Below, in pieces: positions 55,215 to 64,000 of a DNA stretch of 64,000 nt. The DNA lies in assembly GCA_040285825.1 (NCBI GenBank), contig JAUPSS010000001.1:558001-622000 (forward strand), written 5' to 3'. Positions within the stretch are counted from its first letter, which is position 1; each line of letters starts with the position of its first letter. The notes below the pieces were generated by a model. The model was not told the origin of the DNA and made no database searches. It saw only the letters and a list, made by a program, of their open reading frames with translations. Source of the DNA: Eukaryota sp. TZLM1-RC (lineage: Eukaryota; Protista; Metamonada: BaSk clade). The position numbers were made by a program, and so were the translations under genes.

Positions 55215-56430
55215 TTTTATTTATTGAATTTGCACACTTAATTAAACTAACTCAATACTAATGGGACGACTATCATTGAATCAAGATTTCCTATACAAAA
55301 TCTTGATCTGCTTGCTGTCTAGCTAAAGCTTCTCTTATTCGATTGAAAAACCGTGGTAATCCATTAATAATGGCAAATTGAATTCGTGAACGCCATACAA
55401 AAACATAAAATCTTCTCATTGTTTTTTCTTGCACCATTTTTTGGAAGTGATCCAAAAAAGTTTCTGCTTCAACTGATCATCTTCCATTTATCGAAAATGG
55501 GAAAGCAATAAAAACCAGCTGTGTATTTCTATCGACATTAGCCTCTTCAATATCTTTATCATATTTTCTATGTTTCTCTTTTGCTTTAAAATCCAGAGCA
55601 GCAACAGGATTAAGTTTTCTTCTGTGAACCAAAGTATCATTTGCAACATTACATGAGACAAAGTCAACAATAGCTTCAGAATTATCAATCCAATCACAGT
55701 ATACATCACCTCTATCATCAGAACCAAAATTATTCAGAGAAAGTGTTTCCTTTAGCAGGGGCTCTTTGATACACGATATCCTTGCAGTTTGTGCCATATT
55801 GAAAACAGTGTCTCTAACAGCATCATGTAATGAAGAACGATAAGTTATCAATTGAGAGCAATTCAGAGCATGGCTCAAAGTGAGTTGAGGTGAATTCGAA
55901 CAAATACATTTTTCTTTTGATAATAATTGATTAATGGGGATGTTCAAATATAATCTCATTTTTGTTACAAATGCTTCATTAGTGGCACACAACCCAAATC
56001 TTCGTGGTACAATAGTTACAAAAAGTGAAGAATCTGACGACTTGTTTTCACAAACACCCATTTCCAATAACAATGAGTGAAGATCTTGATTTAAAACAGC
56101 CGAGCTGCATATATTATTATAAAGATCTTTTTCATACATTCCAGTCAATCGTTTCTGTAATGTTCGAAGAGTGTACTTCAAATTTGAAACATTTTTTTCT
56201 GGAATATTGCTATTGAATGATTGGGGAAAACATCGACCCCATTTTTCTACATCAATTTTTGAAATTTCTTCATTAAATGCAAAAACAGTGGAGCTTTGCG
56301 TTGTCATCAATAAATCTTCCCAATCTGCAAATCTTTCGGAAAACTCAAAGATTGCATTTCTGCATCCACCAACAAAAGCACACGATGTAAGAATAGAAGC
56401 CTTCGTCCACCCTAAACCGCCATAATGAGG
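55215..56430 (-). mobile_element. Non-LTR retrotransposon family D 3' part
   Basis: GGLG, MRLYL, CIC...HALNC, HDAVRD, DDRGDVY...IVDF, AKEKHRKY, FIAFPFS, ending QDFV.EILIQ* plus 3' UTR. Confidence 0.9.
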
Positions 56431-56784
56431 ACTAAGAATAATGAGGACACAGCAATATAAATTGGGGATTGAGATTAAATTAACATCATGGCACAGATTT
56501 TTTGTGAGAAATCAAAAGTTTCACCAAAATAACGGTTTTTGAGTAGACAAAAATTGTTGGTCACATCATGACAATGATGAAACTTCAAATACTTGCTAAC
56601 ATGAACATATTCAGTTAATGAAAAGTGATGCGTAAACTATCATTTTCAACCAAAGTTGAAGATTACGCCATGACCAATCATTGTAATGGTTTCATTTTCA
56701 AATTTTCACCAATCATCTTGAATAAATGAATACGGAAAAACAAACTCAAAACATTGTTTGGTAATTCAATATGAATTATCTTGA

Positions 56785-57590
56785 TGTATTTATTGAACAT
56801 ACAAACTTAATTAAATTAACTCATAACTAATGGGAAGACTATCATTGAACCAAGATTTCCTCTACAAAATCTTGATTTGCTTGCTGTCTAGCTAAAGCTT
56901 CTCGTATTCGATTGAAAAACCGAGGTAATCTATTAATAATGGCAAATTGAATCCGTGAACGCCATAAAAAATATCAAAACTTTTCATTGTTTTTTCTTGA
57001 ACCATTTTTTGGAAATCATTCAAAAAAGTTTCTGCTTCATCTGATCATCTTCCATTTATCGAAAATGGGAAAGCAATAAAAACCAGCTGTGTATTTCTAT
57101 CTGCATTAGCCTCTTCAATATCTTTATCATATTTTCTATTGTTTCTTCTGTCTTAAAATCCAGAGCAGCCCACAAGATTAAGTTTTCTTCTGTGAACCAA
57201 AGTATCATTTGCAACATTACAGGAGACAAAGTCAACAATAGCTTCGGAATTATCAATCCAATCACAGTATACATCACCTCTATCATCAGAAGCAAAATTA
57301 TTCAGATACAGTGTTTTCGTCAGCAGAGGCTCTATGATACACGATATTCATGCAGTTTGTGCCATATTGACAACAGTGTCTCTAACAGCATCTTGCAATA
57401 AAGTTCAAAATGTTATCAATTTGAAACAATTCAGAGCATGGCTCAAAAGTGAGTTGCAGTGAATTCGAACAAATACATTTTTTTGATAATAATTGATTAA
57501 TGGGGATAATCAAATATAATCCCATTTTTTGTTACAAATGCATCATTAGTGGCACAGAATCCATATCTTCGTGTTACAATGGTTACAAAG
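56785..57590 (-). mobile_element. Non-LTR retrotransposon family D, second copy, frameshifted
   Basis: Colinear with 55215-56020. Confidence 0.88.
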
Positions 57591-59654
57591 ATTTTTTCGA
57601 GGATGGAAATCATAATTTCCAGAAACACGTTTTGACTCAAATTCTGCAGTGGTTGGCGGAGTATATTTTTCCTCGCCTTTTGGGTGAACATGAACCGCAA
57701 AGAATCATCATTTGAAAATATGGTATAGTTAATAAATTTAGATTTATTAAAAAAAACCGGTAAAGAATTGTTCAGAAGCTCTCTGGTTTCATTTAGCTTT
57801 GAGAAATAAGCTTCGGCTATTTCATTCCAACTACAGAAGCATGGAGGCCAACTGGATAAATGCCAGAGAGAGTGCTTTTTCATAACCTCAGGGCAGTTAT
57901 CTTCGAGAAAGGATAAATCATCCGTTCCTGATTGATAAATTGTTACCGCAGTTTTTATATTGATGGTAAATGGTTCATTTCTGATTGAGGTTTCCAACAT
58001 ATTTTGACCCGCCATTGGCTGTCAGGCGTATGGTCAAGATTTGCTTGTGCATATTTCGTCACCATTGAAAAATTGAGTCATCCAGTTGAACATGTTGAAT
58101 TATACTCGACGCATCTATTTGGGACTAGGGTAATTTAAACAGTGGGCACAGTTATGAAAATTGTTGTCCAGACAACATGGCCGTCAGCCAACAACTGGAG
58201 AAAAGCATCCCTCAGTTGAATAACTTGATTGCCTAGCAATCGGTTGACGTCGTTTCATTCAGTGGGTACCAAGGCCAAAAGTGCTGAACGAGTTGTAGCA
58301 GCGCCTGTAAAACCAGAGGATTGTTCTCGAATGGCCTCCTTTGTTTGGGTTCTCTTTCATAAACAAAGTCTGGGCTTGAGTAAATCCCATTGATTAAAAT
58401 GTTTTGGGTATTGGAGTACAAAGAGTCATACTGGGTGAGTAGCTTGAGCTTCAATACTAGCGAGATCTCCATGATGTCGGCGGTTTTTCATTTCACATCG
58501 CTTTAACCCCTCAGAAATGCCTTCTTTTTTCATCAGAGCTGCGTGTTTTGATGAATTGTATACCAGATATAGTTAAAAATTAATAACATACAAAAGAAAA
58601 TGTATCTATAAAAATTAATTGTAAAACTAAAGAAAAATAGTGAAAGACTAGTGATGTTTGAGCAAGGAAAAACGGCATTTGTGTAATATGATGATGTTTT
58701 TGTTATTCTTCTCAGAATGCACATCTACATCGTAGTCATCTATAATTAACCTTTTTTTAAAATAGTCCTGGACTCAAGTGCACAAATGACTCATATCCTC
58801 CAAGTTGACCAGCAACATTGACGCACATCTTCTCCAAGTGAATAAAATGCTGTAGAACATCACAAAACGTCAGAAACCAATATGTTTGTGTTGGAGACCC
58901 ATGGATGTTGTGTTCATTAAAAATATTTTTATTCCATGGTCAATCATGGATTTTACCAATAAAGATTGCTTTGTTCCCGGAGTAGATAGACTCCGCTCAA
59001 ACCTTGTAACATTGATACTCGAAAAACAAAGCTCCTGTGGAAACACCCCTCAACATCTAGGTAGTGATGCTTGACTGTGGATAGTAGTTGAAAAAGATCT
59101 TCTACTTTATCTCAATCTGTCGTTGTTTAATTAATTTCTGTGTTTAAACAAGATCCAGTTAATGGTTTGCTAATGAAGGGAATCCCCATAATGTCCGCTG
59201 GGGCAGAGAGGACATTGCCACCAACTGTTTGCAGAGTGTAAGAGTCGACTGTTCATAAATGGTGTATTTTTCTTGTGTATATGCACCTTATGTAAGAAGG
59301 AAATGAGAATGTTCTGAAAATTTAACGACACTCAAAATGTATGACAATGCCAGTTATTGGAGAAATCTTAAAATGTGTAGAAGAAGTAGGATATTCTTTA
59401 TGTTAGTCAGAAGAACATAAGCGTTGTTGGAGATAGGGTATAGGTCCACTATTAAAAATTGAATTTTGACTCACGGTCACGTCTCAAGGAATGGTTCGTA
59501 TTCAACTTTTTATAGACGTAATTCAAGCAGTTTTCGACTGAAAAGAGATAATCAGGGACAATGTTTATAATCGGAAACGACATGATTGGGAAGGGATATA
59601 GTTTCTTTACCTATTCATTAGAAAAATTCATCTTTCCATAGAACTTATTGTTTT

Positions 59655-59970
59655 GACAACTGTGTATCTTTGAATTTTGTGATCAAAAAACAAAACATTG
59701 CCAAAAATGATGTAGATACAGTTGGAGAAAATCCAATGATCTGCTGTCAATGGCAATGGAAAGTGTTCTGGAACTCAACAGTTTTTGTTAATGTAACTGA
59801 AGTTGTGTGAAAAACGTATCAAAAAAGCCCAGGATAATAATCAGTTGCCTGAAAGTTTAGAGATTATGCTGCAGAGTTAGTTTGTCGTGTGAATTTGCGG
59901 AGATTTATGCATGTCATTTAAATGATCACTTTACCAGTTATTGTACTGTGGTAGCGTATAAGTAAAATGT
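59655..59970 (+). repeat. Dispersed repeat, inverted partner of 9410-9730
   Basis: See 9410-9730. Confidence 0.8.
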
Positions 59971-60059
59971 CTTAGATTAATATTATCTAAAAGACTCAAT
60001 TCAAATCATTTGGTTTGATGTTAATGGTAATATTGGTTGATTTGGTCCAATTTTGAAAG

Positions 60060-61010
60060 TCCATTTTGGGACAAAGAAAAGAAACCAACATTTGTTCGAT
60101 TTCTTTAAGATTTACATACGCCAAATTGCAGAAAAAATTCTGAAAGTTTTTGAATACTTGAATTTTACTGTACGTCTTAGCTAGCTCTAAGGAAAAGAAT
60201 CCCGTTTCTGCAAACTGTTTAATTGATCCTAAGCAAAGTAGCTCAAGTTTTCTCATTTCCCAGATTCCAAATGTCTATGGTTTATTGTTGAATGATCATC
60301 AATAGACAACTGCCTCAAGAATGAGTTGTTTTCTGTGCCCAATAATTGATAAGTGGTTGTGGTCGGCTCAGCAATCTGAATCATTTATTCAATAGTAAAT
60401 TTAATATTACATATCGCTCAGTTGTTCACAATGCTGTTAGATACCGACTATATGCTACGTGCAAAAGTCACCACATTGAAGCTTATGTTGAACGACTTGT
60501 GCGTAAGTTGTCACCTGAAGATGAAGATGAAAATACTTTTGGGAAACGCCGTGTCGATTTAATTACACCTGGGTCTGATAGTGTGATCAAAGTTGCTGAA
60601 ATTGTCACTAAGGATTCAGCAATTGATTTTGCCAAGAAAGATGAAACTCCGCTCTGCTTTGCTGAAAGTGCAAAATCAAAAAGTACAACATATCCTTATC
60701 GCAGCAAGCACGTGTTGAACATGTGAAGTATCTGCTGGCTGTTTCTTTTTTTTGGTAACGTTGGAATATCTGGAATCAAATTTCTCGACGGATTCAGAAG
60801 TTTAATAAAAGAAAGAGCGGGAAAAGAATTGAACTTCATTTTTTGGCACAATACAATTGTTTTCAGTATTCTTAATGCAATTCCAGAAATGCTGACCAAA
60901 GCACTGTCACAGTTGGAATAGAGTATAAAAATCGCGCATTGAAGAGATTTGATAGTGTTGATGTGTGTATTGAGGATATTGAATGTTAGATTTTTATAAT
61001 ATTTTGTTTG
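60060..61010 (+). mobile_element. Non-LTR retrotransposon family C 3' part, degraded
   Basis: KLQKKF, NPVSAN, QIPNVYG, HNAVR, GKRRVDLITPG, GNVGISGIKFLDGF...KERAGKELNFIFW, DVCIEDIEC. Confidence 0.85.
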
Positions 61011-61222
61011 CGTTTAGAAATAATTAATTTTGAAAAACAAAGGATTTAATTAGTCAATTTTCGTGTGCATTTATAAAAGTTTAATGAAAGTTTTTTTCTT
61101 CTACAATTTCATCAGTTTTAAGATTCAGCTTCCAAAAAATTTAATTGTTGTGACGGATGGAATATCTCAGAATACCACAGATTTTAGCTTCAAAAAAGTT
61201 TTATAGATCGCGCCCACCACTT

Positions 61223-61678
61223 CTATTTATGATAGGTACCCATCTGGACCCCCTTAACGTCTAATCCACACTTCTTATAAAATTCTACATTATGATCATC
61301 ACAATCTAAGATCGTTTTGTAACAGCCTTCTTCTCTGGCAATTTTCAAGAGCTTCGTTACAAGAGTTCTGCCGAGATTTCTTCTTCGGTATTGTTGTGCC
61401 ACAACAACATCTTCAATATGTCCGCAACAATGACAATTTCGTATAAACTTTTGTTCAATAAAAAGTGAAGCTGCTGCAATGACCTGCTGGCTATCCAAGT
61501 CTTCTATCACGTAAATGTGAGTATTGGAGGGTAGGTCATCAAAAGTAGTCTTCCACTTTGTCTGAGTAATGTCGCCAACTGTTGTCAACTGTTCCAGTAG
61601 TTGAAGGTAACCTCTATTGTAGTCTTCGAGTTCAAGCTTTCTGAGGCGAATATCGTTATCAAGGGGGGAGGTCGACAT
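61223..61678 (-). CDS. GNA1: Glucosamine-6-phosphate N-acetyltransferase
   Basis: LR.LE..DY.RGYL.LL.QLT.VG, IE.KFIR....GHIEDVVV...YR..NLG, GCYK.ILDC...NV.FY.KCG. Confidence 0.95.
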   Translation of the reverse strand: MSTSPLDNDIRLRKLELEDYNRGYLQLLEQLTTVGDITQTKWKTTFDDLPSNTHIYVIEDLDSQQVIAAASLFIEQKFIRNCHCCGHIEDVVVAQQYRRRNLGRTLVTKLLKIAREEGCYKTILDCDDHNVEFYKKCGLDVKGVQMGTYHK

Positions 61679-62234
61679 ACTGAACAATCAAGTCAATTTC
61701 TGCAAGACTTTTGAAGAAAACTAGGACACCTGAAGACCAGATTTGGTTTTAAAGTTTCTTCAGGATATCTTTAATGTTTACAGTTTTAACATAGGTACAT
61801 AAATCATTCCAGCACATGACAGAACCTTCATCTGAACAGGACGAAAGCATTCACAGTTGATAAATTGCCATTAGGTACATTAGGCACGTTTAAGCATAAC
61901 AGGTGGCTAGCTTGTGCTTTTTCACAAGTGAATGTTACAAATTTTGTTTATTTCAATCTTTCCTGAGTGAAGGCATTATCTCTTTTATTTATTTATTTAT
62001 TTTTATCCCTTTTCTTTATCCCAAAGGCTTGGATTTATTATCTATTTATTGATTTTTTGTTATTTATTTATTGATATTTTATTATTTCAAATTGCTTGTA
62101 TTTTCAATAAAACCATGAGAAAAAAAGGTTTAATTTAATTAAACTCGGGATCCGTGGTCATTAAAATGAATCGAACCAGAATCTGTAACATTGAAACTGT
62201 TATTCAGTCAAATTTATTGCTGTTTAATGTCCGT

Positions 62235-62308
62235 GTTGATGTAGGGGAGGCAGGTTTTGAGGATGTGGAGTTTTAATTGTGTATTTCATATTTGTTGTTG
62301 AATAAAGA
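62235..62308 (+). mobile_element. 74-bp family B non-LTR 3' tail with 13-bp TSD
   Basis: GTTTAATGTCCGT at 62222-62234 and 62309-62321 flanks DVGEAGFEDVEF* plus AATAAA. Confidence 0.88.
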
Positions 62309-62559
62309 GTTTAATGTCCGTACAACAGAGCTGAATACATATTATAAACTTTTTTTGCTCCGAATTAAACCATTTTAGGATTGCCAGAAAATCTTTGAGA
62401 TACTGAATTTTGTTGAATTACGTAATCTCAATACAAAAACACAATGATTCCGCTTTGTAACTTACTGTTGAAGAAAACTTCAGAATCAACAATGCTCATA
62501 GTAATTTGATATTCAATTCCAAAAGTTTAAGTTTATTTTTAAGTTTGCTGTACATTCAA

Positions 62560-63250
62560 TTTTATTCATTTAACAAGAAATATGGACACATAAAATACAC
62601 AGCTAAAACTGCACATCCTTAAAACCCGCCTCCCCCACTTCAAAATTATTAATTGCTAAAGATTCAGAAAATTTCCCAAAGGAAGAGAGTGAATCAGAAA
62701 TTAGTTTTATCATTCCCTTATAAATAGAAAATTCAATCCTGTTTTGCCAGTAAACACGATTGAAAATTCTTCCAGTTCTTTCTTTTGCAACTACAGCAAA
62801 ATCCTCGAGGAAAGCCATAGCAGCCTTACCTAGAGATCCAAGCAAAGAAAAAACAAAAGGACATAAATTATATTGGGCATGAGAATTTTCATTAACTGAG
62901 AAAATGGGTTTCACATATTTAGCAATTTTATATTTTTCGCCTGCAAGAAGAGGATTATTTACATCCGAGTTAATGAGATGTTCGTTAGAAGTATCAAAAG
63001 GGTCAATGGACATGACGTCTTAAATGGTAACGCTTCTATTTAATCCGACAACAACCAACTCACCTCTTGCCAGACCATATAACTTCTGTTGTAGCGATTA
63101 CTATCAATATCGGGGTCATCAAGAATTAATTGTGAGAACAACGGCTCTCATAAGGAATCTACTCGATATGATTTACATATGACATAAATTTGGTCCCTGA
63201 CATTATAATGTACTTTGCTTCTAAATGTAATGAAATGTTTACAGTTCAGT
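62560..63250 (-). mobile_element. Non-LTR retrotransposon family B 3' part
   Basis: LNCKHFITFRSKVH.NVRDQIYV, ARGELVVVG, MSIDP, AGEKYKIAKY, LCPFVFSLLGSLG, YWQNRI, GEAGFKDVQF*. Confidence 0.85.
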
Positions 63251-63332
63251 TTGTTGTACTACTCGAGTTTTTTATTTTTATTTATTGTATCAAGAGTTCA
63301 ATGCTGATAACTGTTCGTTCTTTTTTATACTC

Positions 63333-63836
63333 TTAAACATTTTTTATTCTGAAAAAGCTGGAATTGCCTACATGGCAAGAAATGAATCTCCTGTAATAAA
63401 GAACCTTTTCTTTTTCCGTTGAAACAGTAACATTGATCAAATTTTTGGGAGTTTATTTGAACAGCTATTATCCATCTTGCGAAAATTTAAACCATCATCG
63501 ATCAAGTAGGGGAGTTGGATGGAAAAATTACTTTGAGAGAAATGGTTACACAGTATGTTTAGTTGATGAGAGAAACACATCTTCAAAGTGTCCAACTTGT
63601 TATAACCCAGTGAATGTATTTTTTGATGTTGAGAACCCTAGTCCATGGATGAGAGAGAAATATCCTACTGTGAAATGTTATGCTTTGTTAAGATGTCGAG
63701 CTGAAGTTTGTGAGAAGAATGTCAAGGAAAGGGTAAGGTGTGGAATCGTAACAAGTTAGCACGTATCAACATCAAGGCAATTGTAGATTATTTTGTAGAG
63801 GACAGTGTTGGTGATAGGCCTTCATATTTGTCATAA
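63333..63836 (+). pseudogene. Fanzor C-terminal remnant (copy 2, divergent subfamily)
   Basis: NHH.SSRGVGW..YF...GY.V.LVDERNTSSKCPTC...NP.PW......C..LLRC...C, then after a frameshift WNRNKLA.INI..I......GDRPSYLS*. Confidence 0.82.
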
Positions 63837-64000
63837 GATGTAGCCTTTTACCACACTGAATCTGTAGCATTTTTTGGCTTGAATTCAATTTTACTGTTGC
63901 CGTTGGGCATTACGCTAGCTGGATGTAAAGAGAGTTAAGATAAAGTTAATTTTATTAAATGTCATTCTATATAAAGGTACTCACTAGTGAGATACCTACA

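Noticed and set aside
49779-57100. Recurrent in-frame TGA in mobile-element ORFs suggesting stop-codon reassignment
   Set aside because: The TGAs replace different residues in different elements, and intact host genes (UBA2, adenylate kinase, Lnt-like, BEACH) end in TGA. This is ordinary decay.
57590-59300. Broken minus-strand ORFs (57497-58015, 58233-58472, 58800-59250), and likewise 21330-22070
   Set aside because: They look like decayed coding sequence but no family is recognisable. The called ORFs at 57497 and 21178 are chimeras running into LINE fragments.

Overview
AT-rich, intron-poor nuclear DNA from a microbial eukaryote (standard genetic code; the exact lineage cannot be fixed from sequence alone). 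About 20 mostly single-exon host genes are present: CYRI/FAM49, HSP20, BRCA2, a CAMKK-like kinase, a DHX33-like helicase, Maf, an alpha/beta hydrolase, PIG-X, adenylate kinase, a membrane subtilisin, an Lnt-like acyltransferase, a WDR81-like BEACH protein, an EDC4-like protein, UBA2, GNA1 and others, plus two divergent tRNA-Leu(UAG) genes. Intergenic space is packed with decayed mobile DNA: about six families of RLE-type (restriction-like endonuclease) non-LTR retrotransposons, some as tiny 3' tails with exact target-site duplications (TSDs); two MITEs; and three remnants of Fanzor (eukaryotic TnpB-like RNA-guided nuclease) genes. Highlights: (i) all three Fanzor remnants have Asn at the RuvC-III catalytic Asp position, and two share a conserved downstream non-coding block (candidate omegaRNA); (ii) a Ser/Thr kinase fused to a degenerate bacterial-type PARG macrodomain and a PBZ finger (candidate ADP-ribose-sensing kinase); (iii) BRCA2 with 27 tandem 21-aa half-BRC repeats; (iv) a 28-nt spliceosomal intron; (v) a polyadenylated retroposed insert with an 8-bp TSD splitting one Fanzor. 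All calls are from motif recognition by eye; no searches were run.
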